64,000 nt of DNA. Source: an uncultured Acidimicrobiales bacterium (GTDB taxonomy: Bacteria; Actinomycetota; Acidimicrobiia; Acidimicrobiales; UBA10347). Both the position numbers and the translations under genes were made by a program. The notes beneath the pieces are model-generated. The model searched no databases. It was given only the letters and a program-made list of their open reading frames with translations, and was not told the DNA's origin. Of the stretch, positions 9,213 to 18,948 are shown piece by piece; positions within the stretch are counted from its first letter, which is position 1; each line of letters opens with the position of its first letter. The stretch lies in assembly GCA_943788915.1 (NCBI GenBank), contig CALSSD010000005.1:186001-250000 (forward strand), read 5' to 3'.

Positions 9213-10289
9213 TCAGCTATTGAGGGCGCTTCGGTCTCCCCACGGCGAAAGCTGACCCTCGTAGACCGAGGGGCCATTGGCGAAGTGCGAAGCTTCGTGA
9301 AGCGACTCAACAAACGGCATGTCGATCGGGTACACCGCGTCGGCTCGAGGACGAGGGCCCGCCTTGGAGACATGGCCATACAGCGGATGGCCAACCACCT
9401 CCTCGGCAATCCATGCAGCCTGGATCAACTTGTCCAGGTCATACCCAGTTTCGATGCCCATCTCATGACACAAGTCGACGAAGTCTTCGGTTGGCACATG
9501 CCCTGCGGAGCGGCCATTTCCGCAATACGGGCACCCGCCCATACCGCCCAGCGAGGTGTCGAACTCGGTCGCCCCCAACTCCAACGCCGCGTAGTAGCTG
9601 GCGATCGTGGCACCGCGCGAGTTGTGCAGGTGCATATGAAACGTCTCGATTTCGGGCCATCGATCACGAATGGCGAGCATGGTCTCCTTGACCGTGTGGG
9701 GTGCGTTCCAGCCCATGGCATCGGAGAACGAGATCCGATTCACGTCGATGCCAACGTCGTGCCATTTGTTGACCATCAACTCGATCATCTCGAGCCTCCG
9801 GTTCAGATCGAAGGGGCCTTCGAAGTTTGACCCGAACGGGCTGCCAAGTGTGATCGATCCGGCTTCGGCGCCGGCGTCGGCGGCAGCACGCACCGAGGCA
9901 TCCATACTGGCGATCTGTTGGGCCTGGGACCGGTTGTAGTTTCGTCGGGCGAACGAGTCACAGATCTCGACATGAATGCCATACGGCCGAGTCCGTACAT
10001 CGAGTTTCGGATAGAAGTGATCGGCCCGCTCAAATCCCTTCTGGTTGAAGATCGCTGCTGTGTAACGAATCCCGGGCTTAGGTACGAATCGTTCGGCGAT
10101 CTCGTCGATACAGGCCATCGATGGTGTCCACTTGGGATGAGCGAACGAGCCGATGGAAATCACCTTGGCGCCCGTTTCGCCAATGGCATCGAGCAGTCGA
10201 AGTTTGTCGTCGACTGAGATGTCGGCGCTCTCGATCTGTAGACCCTCGCGCATCGTGTCATCGAAGATGTTGACGCTCGTCGGAATCAT
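9213..10289 (-). CDS. HMG-CoA lyase/citramalyl-CoA lyase-like DRE-TIM metallolyase
   Basis: DDTMREGLQ, SFAHPKW, SDAMG, HMHLHNSRG, GGMGGCPY, GHVPTED. Confidence 0.85.
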   Translation of the reverse strand: MIPTSVNIFDDTMREGLQIESADISVDDKLRLLDAIGETGAKVISIGSFAHPKWTPSMACIDEIAERFVPKPGIRYTAAIFNQKGFERADHFYPKLDVRTRPYGIHVEICDSFARRNYNRSQAQQIASMDASVRAAADAGAEAGSITLGSPFGSNFEGPFDLNRRLEMIELMVNKWHDVGIDVNRISFSDAMGWNAPHTVKETMLAIRDRWPEIETFHMHLHNSRGATIASYYAALELGATEFDTSLGGMGGCPYCGNGRSAGHVPTEDFVDLCHEMGIETGYDLDKLIQAAWIAEEVVGHPLYGHVSKAGPRPRADAVYPIDMPFVESLHEASHFANGPSVYEGQLSPWGDRSALNS

Positions 10290-10378
10290 GTGGGCTCTCC
10301 CCTGTTGATGCTGTCGCTTCGCCCAATCATCCCTCGCCAGCCATCCCACGCCAATTGCAGACGCACCACCGGTCCGGA

Positions 10379-11305
10379 TCAGGCGGGGACGATCGGATCA
10401 CCTTCGACCGCGGTAGAGGCCTGTCCGTCGACACCGACTGGCACTTCACCCATCAGCGTGACTCGCCAGAACTGCCGATCGAAGTCGGTCTCGAAGATGT
10501 CACGGGGTGCAAGATGTGCAGTCGATCGGTTGTCCCAGAACGCAACACAACCTGGTTCCCATCGGAAGCGAACCGAAAAGTCAGTGCGCACCGCGTGTTC
10601 CCACAACATCTCAAGCAGTAGCTGGCTCTCCCGAGGTGCAAGGCCGACAATACGTTTCAGGAACGCAGGGCTGATGTAGAGCACCCGTTCGCCCGTCTCC
10701 GGATGGACACGAACCAGCGGATGTTCGGTGATGAGCATCCGATCCTGCACCCGTTGTTGGAGAGCGCCGGATTGTTCTCCGCCGGTAAAGGTACCGAAAC
10801 TGTGCACACCATGAAGACGGTCGACAAAACCCCGCAGCGTCGGCGACAGCGCGTCGTAGGCAACAGCCAGGTTTACCCATTGGGTATCACCGCCGTAGGG
10901 CGGCACCACGTCACTGCGCAAGATCGACTGCCCTGGCGGGTTGATCGCCGCAGTGATGTCGGTATGCCAACCGGTCCACGGCCGAATAGTTGGTGGCGTC
11001 TTACTGCTGTTGGCGGTGCGATGTTTCGCGATCGAATAGATCTCGGGGTATTCCTGGTGGCCTCCGAATACGACATGGCCTGGTGTCGGTGTTCCGAACT
11101 GGCGGGCCATCGACACGTGAGCAGCGTGGTCAAGTTCTTGGCCCCGAAAGAAGACCACTTTCCACCGCAGTAGCGCTGCCCAGATGTCGGCGACTGCAGC
11201 TGGATCCAGCGGGCGGCTTAGGTCGACGCCGCTGATCTCGGCGCCGATGTGCACCGACATCGGACGGACTTCGATCGACGATTCGTTGACGTGTTGCGCA
11301 ACCAT
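10379..11305 (-). CDS. TauD/TfdA Fe(II)/2-oxoglutarate dioxygenase (alkylsulfate/sulfonate type)
   Basis: IGAEISGVDL, KVVFFRGQ, WHTDIT, GGDTQW, HPLVRVHPETG, FWDNRSTAH. Confidence 0.92.
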   Translation of the reverse strand: MVAQHVNESSIEVRPMSVHIGAEISGVDLSRPLDPAAVADIWAALLRWKVVFFRGQELDHAAHVSMARQFGTPTPGHVVFGGHQEYPEIYSIAKHRTANSSKTPPTIRPWTGWHTDITAAINPPGQSILRSDVVPPYGGDTQWVNLAVAYDALSPTLRGFVDRLHGVHSFGTFTGGEQSGALQQRVQDRMLITEHPLVRVHPETGERVLYISPAFLKRIVGLAPRESQLLLEMLWEHAVRTDFSVRFRWEPGCVAFWDNRSTAHLAPRDIFETDFDRQFWRVTLMGEVPVGVDGQASTAVEGDPIVPA

Positions 11306-11444
11306 ACGGCCCAGTCTTTCACGGGTCGACCGCTAAGGCCTGATGTACCTTCGGTTTCGGTTTGACTTCTCTTCGGCCACCCACAACGCTCTAGTGGATC
11401 GAAATGACGAAGCTCGGTGGAAACGCCGTGATGAAGGAAACACG

Positions 11445-12476
11445 ATGTTGAAGCCAGTGCAGCTTGGATCGAACAGCGGACTGCGAGTGTCTCAACTCGC
11501 GCTCGGCACCATGAACTTCGGCGAACCGGGGCGGGGTCATCAGAGCGACTGGACGCTCGACGCGGATCAAGCCCGACCAATCTTCAGAGCCGCATTCGAC
11601 CACGGTCTGTTCACGTTCGACTGCGCAAACATCTACGGCATCGGCGCCTGCGAACAGGTCGTCGGCAAGCTGTTACGCGAGCTTGCCCCTCGGGACCAAT
11701 ACGTCATCGGCACCAAGGTGTCCATGGCCATGGGAGACGGGGCCAATCAACTCGGCCTGTCCCGTAAACACATCATGGAGTCAGTCGATGCATCGCTCAC
11801 CCGACTGGGCGTCGACTACATCGACCAACTGGTGATCCACCGTCATCCCCATGGCATCCCCGGCCATGTCGAGACCCCGATTACCGAGACGATGGAAGCG
11901 CTCCACGATGTCGTGAAAGCAGGCAAGGTGTTGTACCTGGGCGGCTCATCGATGTTCGCGTGGCAGTTCACCGAACTCCAGATGACAGCGGAACAAAACG
12001 GCTGGACCAAGTTCATCTCGATGCAGAACCACTACAACCTCATCTACCGCGAAGAAGAACGGGAGATGAACCAGTACTGCGCCAAGACTGGCGTAGGTCT
12101 CATGCCCTGGTCGCCATTGGCCCGAGGCATTCTTGCCGGCAGCTACAAGGGCGGTTTGGATAAGGGCCAGACCACTCGCAGTTCAGGTGTCGATAGCAAA
12201 CGGACCGGCATGCTCTACCGGGGTGAGATGGACTTCGCCATTGCTGACCGTGTGGTCGAAGTTGCCGCCAAGTACGGCAAGACACCCGCTCAAATATCTG
12301 TTGCCTGGCTGTTGAACAAACCAGAGATCCACGCTCCGGTTGTTGGCGTCTCAAAGATCTCACAGCTCGATCAACTTGTCGACGCGTGTGATATCACGCT
12401 TGAACCAGACGATGTCACCTATCTCGAAGAGCTCTACAAGCCAGTCGAGAACCTGCTGTCCATCGGGTACAGCTGA
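11445..12476 (+). CDS. Aldo/keto reductase
   Basis: LGNSGLRVSQLALGTM, FDCANIYG, GLSRKHIMES, SMQNHYNLIYREEERE, PWSPLARG; GAAGGAA RBS. Confidence 0.92.
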   Translation: MLKPVQLGSNSGLRVSQLALGTMNFGEPGRGHQSDWTLDADQARPIFRAAFDHGLFTFDCANIYGIGACEQVVGKLLRELAPRDQYVIGTKVSMAMGDGANQLGLSRKHIMESVDASLTRLGVDYIDQLVIHRHPHGIPGHVETPITETMEALHDVVKAGKVLYLGGSSMFAWQFTELQMTAEQNGWTKFISMQNHYNLIYREEEREMNQYCAKTGVGLMPWSPLARGILAGSYKGGLDKGQTTRSSGVDSKRTGMLYRGEMDFAIADRVVEVAAKYGKTPAQISVAWLLNKPEIHAPVVGVSKISQLDQLVDACDITLEPDDVTYLEELYKPVENLLSIGYS

Positions 12477-12486
12477 TCACAGACGG

Positions 12487-13668
12487 TTAACCGTCGACAG
12501 ACCAACGGACCGGCAGATTGAGCGGCCCACGAAAGGCCCATCCGCCGAAACGCACCGGGCCGGCCGACTCGTCGAGCCGGAGATCCGGCAATCGGTCAAA
12601 GATCTTCGGTAGTGCAACATCGCCGACCAGGCTTCGCGAGGCTGCGGCGCCAGCGCAGAAATGTGGTCCCGCACCAAACGTCAGGCTGGCTCGGTTGTCC
12701 CTCGTCACGTCGAACCGGCCGGAGTCCACGAAATGATCTTCATCACGATTGGCCGAACCGAACATCAGAAACACCCGCTCTTCGGCTTCGAACTGCACAC
12801 CACCGAAGGAATGATCGACCGCGATTCGTCGGGGTGACATACCGATCGGGGCGATCCAGCGGCAGTATTCCTCGAACACCTGCAACCAGGTCGCGTCGCC
12901 TCGTTGCACGATTTCGAGTTGGTCTGGATGCGTGAGCAGTGCCCAGATCGCACCGGCGATTGCGTCCCGGGGCTCGTTCTGTCCACCCGAGATGGTCAGC
13001 TTGATATTGGCACGGACGTTGCCCATGGGCATACCCGATGCAGCCATGACCGACAGCAGGCTGTGGTCGGGGAGCGTCGCAAGTTCTTCTAGCCGTTCGT
13101 CGATGGCGGCATCGATTGCAGCGGTTGCCTGCAGACATCCGGCTTCGAGATTCGGGTCCCCGCCATAGTTCGAGACACCATCGATCATAGCCTGGCTCCA
13201 CGCATCCATCTCTTGGTAGGTGATGCTGGTGAGTCCGGTCAGGACCTTGAGTGCCTCGCCGCTCAATGCGGTGGCGTACGCAGGCACGAGATCAGCGTTG
13301 CCATCAGCGGCCTCGAGAGCATCGAGCACCGTGTCGGCGAGTGTGGCGAATTGGTCAGCCCACGATGCCTTGACTGTCTTTGGCGACACTGCGGGGTAGT
13401 ACACGAAACGTTCTTTACGATGTTCGTCACTGTCGCTGCGCATCATGTTCTTGCCCATCAACTCGTTCATCAACCCGCCCGGCTGGTCCGACGAAAAGAC
13501 CTTGACGTTCTTCTCGCACGTATGAATGTCGTCGCGTTTGGTGAGAAGTGTCGCGTTTAACTCGGGGACAAAACAGATCGGCGTCTTAGCTCGCATCTCG
13601 GCCAACGCTGGATATGGGTCGGTCCAGAATGCAGCAGGATCAACGTGAACAACGGGCGCATCGGACAT
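12487..13668 (-). CDS. Cytochrome P450 with atypical I-helix (CYP103/CYP104-like)
   Basis: Heme motif FGAGPHFCAG, K-helix EEYCR, SANRDE; I-helix ISGGQNEPRD lacks the conserved Thr. Confidence 0.92.
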   Translation of the reverse strand: MSDAPVVHVDPAAFWTDPYPALAEMRAKTPICFVPELNATLLTKRDDIHTCEKNVKVFSSDQPGGLMNELMGKNMMRSDSDEHRKERFVYYPAVSPKTVKASWADQFATLADTVLDALEAADGNADLVPAYATALSGEALKVLTGLTSITYQEMDAWSQAMIDGVSNYGGDPNLEAGCLQATAAIDAAIDERLEELATLPDHSLLSVMAASGMPMGNVRANIKLTISGGQNEPRDAIAGAIWALLTHPDQLEIVQRGDATWLQVFEEYCRWIAPIGMSPRRIAVDHSFGGVQFEAEERVFLMFGSANRDEDHFVDSGRFDVTRDNRASLTFGAGPHFCAGAAASRSLVGDVALPKIFDRLPDLRLDESAGPVRFGGWAFRGPLNLPVRWSVDG

Positions 13669-13722
13669 GCGCCGAGTCTGCCACAACCATCGGCTACTGA
13701 TTGCTGATCGCAGCGGGCGTGC

Positions 13723-15050
13723 CTACAGCCAGAGACGCGTGCCGTCGAATCGTGGTACCCGCAGCTTCGGTGACTCAGGCACGGTGAGCATGTGCTCACG
13801 TAGCAGCTGGATAGCGACTTGTTCGCCGAGCAACAACGACTCCCAGTAGTCGCTGAAGTAGTGCACTCCTGCCCAGTTACGCCCGATCGAAATATTTGCC
13901 GCCAGCTTGTTCAGTTCGCCTTCGACGGTCATGGCACTGGGATTGCCGAGTTCGTCGTAGACCTCGACGGTGGCAAGCCGAGCACCATCACGGGTCGGCA
14001 CGAAGGCCGGCGCAGCATCACCCGCCAGGTCGAACGGACGGGTGTGATCGAACAGTGTCTTCAAGATGGTGACACAGGCACCTGCCACCGCCGCATGGCC
14101 TGCCCCGTACGAGGGATGCATAGGTGACCCCTCGGGGAACGCCATAGGCAACAGCATCGATTCTGTTCCCGATGCTGCTCCTGTTATCCGACGTATCTCT
14201 TCTGCGATGCCGGTGTCGTTGAGCTCGCCGGCCATATGGGTGATTTCGGAAATATCGAGAAGACTGCTCTTCTCGATACGGGCCGCAAGTGCTTCGGGGC
14301 GCAGCCGTCGATGCACATTGAACTTCTGGAACAACACCGTCTTGAGTGCACGATCACACACTTCGCCAAGCAACGACAGCACATGCTGCACGGCATACAG
14401 GACAAACCCCTGCTGATGATCAACCGCATCGTCTTGCTGATACGGCAGCGACGGGTCAAGCGATATGCCGTTGGAGAGCATCACCAGGCATGCATTAAAG
14501 TACGCCTGGTACAGCGCATCGTTGTGCACATAATTGGCGAGGTCTCGGCCGGTCGTGATGTAACGCCGATTGCCGTATCGGGTGCACGGGTTGACGGCGA
14601 TAATGCGTTCGCTACGTCGAACCACTCGTCCCAGCTGGTCATGAAGTCCGTCGGGCCGACCTGACGAACCCGTTGGTCGATGGTTTGTGCCCCGTACTCG
14701 ATGATGCCGTCGAATGGCTCGTTCGTCGCACTGGGCGAACCCACAAGCAGCAACTGCGAAAGATACGGGCCGACCGAATTGCCCGGTGCCAATCCCCGGA
14801 ACGCCGTTTGTGGCGACAGGTTCACCCGGCGGCGATACATCGCTTCGGCTCCGGCCCCAGACGGCGACGCATCTGCGTTGAACCACCGCAGCGCGCCGAG
14901 TTCCTCAAGCATCCGACCATCCTGTTGTTGAGCGGCCTGTGCCGAAGCCTCACTCGACGTAGCGCCGAGCGCGCCTGTTGTGACAGTCGCAGCCGCGAGT
15001 CCCCCGAGAAACCGGCGTCGCTATGGTCGGCCTCCGTCCTCATCTGCCAC
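13723..15050 (-). pseudogene. Vanadium-dependent haloperoxidase with Tat signal, disrupted (nonsense codon, frameshift, probable internal deletion)
   Basis: Vanadate motifs QKFNVHRRLRPE, GSPMHPSYGAGHA, ELNKLAANISIGRNWAGVHY. The upstream segment FRG...GPYLSQLLL..YGAQTIDQR is in another frame (shift ~14580-14610). From GTG 15050: MADEDGGRP*RRRFLGGLAAA...ASA, with TAG at 15021-15023. Confidence 0.85.
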
Positions 15051-15120
15051 CTCGGAAGCGTAGACGACAATCCCAAGCACCCCCGCAAGCCACGACCGCG
15101 GGCGCTTCTCGGCGGAAGAT

Positions 15121-16044
15121 CTACGAGAGGTGCAGGCTCCCGCTGGGCCAGCGCAACATGCCGTTTTCGGTCGTGGGGTTGGACTGCTCGTAGTCGTTGT
15201 CGCCCGGGTAGGCGATGCGTTGGTGACCTTCGACGTTGTAACGGATCCGAATCCGTTCGTCGTCCTCGCTTGTTGCGCTGGCTGCTGAAGCGATTGCTTC
15301 GTCGACCGACGAGAATGTGGCCAACCGCTGCAACATCGACAACGTTGGCGTCATCATGATCATCTCGCCGGCGTCGTTGGCCACCAACGCGTCGGCCGCA
15401 CGAACCCATGTGTGGTTAACCGCTTCGTCGTCGTCGTGGAGCGGCACCTGCCCCTCGGGCATACCGGTCACGAAGAACCGAGTGTCATAACGGCGAGGCG
15501 AACCTAGTGGCGTGACCCATTGGGCGACATAGTGAACCCCAGCGCCGTCGAGCGCGAGGTCCTCGCTGGCCACGATGCCGGTGAAGGCAGATTCAGTGTT
15601 GTTCACGACATCACGGTGGGCCTCAAAACGCTCGGCAATCTGAGGATCGCGGAAATCCAACAACTGACCGGTCGAGAGGTCGTGAGCGATCAGCAGGCCA
15701 GCTTCCTCGAATGTCTCACGAAGGACCGCTACCCAGTAGGCGATGCCTCCGCTTTCCAAGGCTAGTTCCATGCTGCATGCCGGATCGGTTCGGCCGGCCA
15801 CCAGCGCATCAGCTTCGGGCGTGGCGTCATCGGCGTCTACCCCGCCGCCCGGAAACACCCACATGTCGCCGACGAACACCGAGCGACTGTTGCGTTTCAG
15901 CATGAGCACATGCAGATCGGGACGTTCGTCCAGAATGAGCACCGTGGCCGCGGTGCGGACGGGGATCGATTCCGGGTCGTAGTCGTCGCCGCGACCCGGA
16001 GCGCTCGATCCTGTCGAGATCCACTTCGTTTGCTCATCTGCCAT
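15121..16044 (-). CDS. NUDIX hydrolase (NUDT19/acyl-CoA diphosphatase-like)
   Basis: AATVLIL, WVFPGG.VD, split Nudix box RETFEEAG, WVTP...RRYDTRFF. Confidence 0.8.
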   Translation of the reverse strand: MADEQTKWISTGSSAPGRGDDYDPESIPVRTAATVLILDERPDLHVLMLKRNSRSVFVGDMWVFPGGGVDADDATPEADALVAGRTDPACSMELALESGGIAYWVAVLRETFEEAGLLIAHDLSTGQLLDFRDPQIAERFEAHRDVVNNTESAFTGIVASEDLALDGAGVHYVAQWVTPLGSPRRYDTRFFVTGMPEGQVPLHDDDEAVNHTWVRAADALVANDAGEMIMMTPTLSMLQRLATFSSVDEAIASAASATSEDDERIRIRYNVEGHQRIAYPGDNDYEQSNPTTENGMLRWPSGSLHLS

Positions 16045-16084
16045 ACCAGAACCCTGCCACGACACGGGGTTCTGGCCCGAATCG

Positions 16085-17695
16085 TCAGGCGAGGACGAAT
16101 CCTGGGTAGCCGGCTTCGGCTTCGGCGTCGATGAGTTTGCGATACTTGGGGTTGCCGCCGTTGTAGATCAAGTGGCGGGCGGTGTCGCGGCCTTCGACAT
16201 TGGAGTTGTACCCGTTGAACCATGCCTTGGTATGGCGCATGAGCAACCGCTCATAAAGGGACGCGACATGTTCGGTCCATTCGACTTCGCGCTCGGGCAA
16301 GGCTTCGATGCGGGTGAGGCCTTCGTCACGCAGGTGTTTCATCAGATCGGTCGCCCACTCGACCCCTGTTTCGATGCCACGAGGGAAGTTGGTGGACACT
16401 GAACCTGCCGTCGGCCCGGCGAGCGTGATCAGATTTGGGAAGCCTTGCGCACCGATACCGAGGTAGGTGACGGGGCCTTGTGACCATTTGTCACGCAAGG
16501 TTTGGCCATCGGTGCCGACAAACTCCATGCGATCGAACGAGCCCACGACCGCGTCAAAGCCGGTCGCATAGATGATGATGTCGAACTCGTAGAGCTCAGC
16601 CGAGGTGCGAATGCCTGCGGCTTCGATCTCGACAATCGGCGTCTCGGAGACGTCGACCAGCGTGACATTGTCTCGGTTGTAGGCCTCGTAGTAACGGGTC
16701 TCCATAGGGACCCGCTGGGTACCAAAGCCGTGATCGGTAGGGATCAGCTTCTCGGCAATGACTGGATCGTCGACTCGGTCTCGGATCTTCTCGGCGATAA
16801 ACGCGCTCAGCTCGGCGTTCGCTTCCTCGTCGACAAAAATCTCGAGGAAGTTGCTGAGCCAGATCCCGAAGCCAGGTTGGGCATACAGGTCTTCCCATTT
16901 TTCCCTGCGTTCTTCGGCGGTCATGCTGAGAAACGGTCGACGGTCGGGTTCGTGCAGAAACCCGCCAGGCGTCTGCGCACACTTCTCGAAGATGGCGTCG
17001 TAGTTCGAGCGGATCTCGGCCATCTCCTCGGTGGAGAGCGGGCCGTTATGCAGCGGTGCGCACCAGTTCGGACGACGCTGGAAGACGGTCAAGTCCGCAC
17101 CCGCTTCGGCAACAACCGGGATCAACTGGACACCGGTGGCGCCGGTACCGATGATGGCAACCCGTTTGCCAGCAAGTTCAACCGGCTCTTTTGGCCACCG
17201 GTAGGTATGCCATGCCTGTCCGGCAAAAGTTTCGGTGCCGGGAATGTTTGGTTCGGTCGGAGCCGACAGCAGTCCAATCGCCGTCATCAGCCACCGGCAG
17301 GTCAGGGACCGACCGTCGGCCAGGTTGACCGTCCACAGACGTTCGGCTTCGTCCCATTCGCTGCGCACGACCTTGCAGCCGAACTGCATGTCACGGCGAA
17401 GATCGAACTTCTCGACAACGTGCTCAAGGTAACGGAGTGTCTCGGGCTGGGCCGAGAAACGTTCACTCCAGTCCCACTCGTCGAGCAATTCCTTGGAGAA
17501 CGAATAACCGTAGGTGTAACTCTCGGAGTCGAACCGGGCACCCGGATACCGATTCCAGTACCACGTGCCACCGGGACCATCGCCAGCTTCGAGAACGGTC
17601 GCTTCGATGCCGAGTTCGCGCAGTCGGTACAGCTGGTAGATGCCACACACCCCGGCACCGATGATGAGTACCTCATGATCTGGGTTCACTGGCAT
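16085..17695 (-). CDS. Type I Baeyer-Villiger monooxygenase
   Basis: GAGVCG, GGTWYWNRYPGARFDSE, BVMO fingerprint FAGQAWHTYRWP, GTGATGVQ, ATGFD; start overlaps the upstream stop (TGATG). Confidence 0.92.
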   Translation of the reverse strand: MPVNPDHEVLIIGAGVCGIYQLYRLRELGIEATVLEAGDGPGGTWYWNRYPGARFDSESYTYGYSFSKELLDEWDWSERFSAQPETLRYLEHVVEKFDLRRDMQFGCKVVRSEWDEAERLWTVNLADGRSLTCRWLMTAIGLLSAPTEPNIPGTETFAGQAWHTYRWPKEPVELAGKRVAIIGTGATGVQLIPVVAEAGADLTVFQRRPNWCAPLHNGPLSTEEMAEIRSNYDAIFEKCAQTPGGFLHEPDRRPFLSMTAEERREKWEDLYAQPGFGIWLSNFLEIFVDEEANAELSAFIAEKIRDRVDDPVIAEKLIPTDHGFGTQRVPMETRYYEAYNRDNVTLVDVSETPIVEIEAAGIRTSAELYEFDIIIYATGFDAVVGSFDRMEFVGTDGQTLRDKWSQGPVTYLGIGAQGFPNLITLAGPTAGSVSTNFPRGIETGVEWATDLMKHLRDEGLTRIEALPEREVEWTEHVASLYERLLMRHTKAWFNGYNSNVEGRDTARHLIYNGGNPKYRKLIDAEAEAGYPGFVLA

Positions 17696-18882
17696 CAGTA
17701 GCTCTTTGGTAGGCCGAGGGTGTGCTGTGCGACATGGTTCAACACCATCTCGCGACTCACCGGTGCGGACTTGTGGACTCGGGCGATGAACCACAGATCG
17801 GCCAAGCCGTATTCGATGGCGAACCCGTTTCCGCCGTGAATCTGAATTGCTTGGTCGAGCGCTTCGAGGGAAGAATCAGCCGCCGCGAACTTGGCCATGT
17901 TGGCGGCCTCGCCGGCCTCGACTGTGAGACCTGCATCGCACAGCTGCGCAGCCTTCTCGGTCATCAACCGAGCTTGCTGGACCTTAATCGTGGCTTCTGC
18001 CAACGGATGTGCGACACCCTGGTGGGCACCGATGACCTTGCTCCACACCTGGCGATCACTTGCGTATTCAGACGCCCGGTCGATGGCGTAGCAGCTGATG
18101 CCATTGTTCACGGCTGCAACGGCAACTCGCTCGGTGTTTAGACCAACGAACACCTGCTTGAGGCCGTTGCCCTCGACACCAACCAGTGCATCGGGACCAA
18201 GCTTGACGTTGTCGAAGAACATCGTGAACTGCTTGTCGGGCGACATCACCACCGACTCGATCGGGTGCATGGTGATGCCCGGCGCATCGGGTTCGATGAT
18301 GAACAAGGAAAGCGGATGGCGACCGTTCGGGCTGGCTTCGGGACCACGAGCGACGACCAGCAGCGCGTCGGCTTCGTCGGGGGCGGACGTCCAGTACTTC
18401 TGCCCGCTCAGTGTCCAACCGCCGTCGCCGTCGGGTGTTGCCGTGGTCGAGATCCGGTGAGTGTTGGTGCCTGCGTCGGGTTCGGTAATGGCGAACGACA
18501 TCCGTTTGGTGCCGTTGGCAAGTCCGGGGCACCACCGTTGTTGCAGCTCTTCGGTGCCATATGCCTCGAGGATCGGCGAACAGATCGACTGCAACACCAT
18601 CGAGAACAACGGGCAACCTTGCGCGGAGGTCTCTTCGACGACCACGTTGTAGTCGGAGATGCCTCCGCCACCACCGCCCCACTTCTCGGAGATGTGAACG
18701 CCGAGGAAACCGGCTTCGCCCAGCTCTCCCCACAGTTCGTCGACCTTCCCGCCGGTGCGGACCTTGTCTTGGAAATATTTGCGGCCGTACTTACCTACGA
18801 GTTGCCCGACGGCACGACGCAACTCCAGATGATGTTCACCGGAGTTCACGATGTTCGAATGCGAAAGTGGCGTGCGTGCCAT
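17695..18882 (-). CDS. Acyl-CoA dehydrogenase
   Basis: SFAITEPDAGTNTH, GQKYWTS, GLNTER, HQGVAHPLA, IHGGNGF, APVSREM. Confidence 0.92.
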   Translation of the reverse strand: MARTPLSHSNIVNSGEHHLELRRAVGQLVGKYGRKYFQDKVRTGGKVDELWGELGEAGFLGVHISEKWGGGGGGISDYNVVVEETSAQGCPLFSMVLQSICSPILEAYGTEELQQRWCPGLANGTKRMSFAITEPDAGTNTHRISTTATPDGDGGWTLSGQKYWTSAPDEADALLVVARGPEASPNGRHPLSLFIIEPDAPGITMHPIESVVMSPDKQFTMFFDNVKLGPDALVGVEGNGLKQVFVGLNTERVAVAAVNNGISCYAIDRASEYASDRQVWSKVIGAHQGVAHPLAEATIKVQQARLMTEKAAQLCDAGLTVEAGEAANMAKFAAADSSLEALDQAIQIHGGNGFAIEYGLADLWFIARVHKSAPVSREMVLNHVAQHTLGLPKSY

Positions 18883-18926
18883 GGGCCCTCCCGGGGCTAA
18901 TCGGTCAAGGTGTTTCTATCTACAAG

Positions 18927-18946
18927 TGTCAACAGTTGTGTTGACA
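18927..18946. promoter_or_regulatory. Candidate TetR-type operator TGTCAACA-N4-TGTTGACA
   Basis: Perfect 8-4-8 palindrome TGTCAACAGTTGTGTTGACA about 45 bp upstream of the acyl-CoA dehydrogenase start; the motif recurs at 21445. Confidence 0.75.
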
Positions 18947-18948
18947 AA

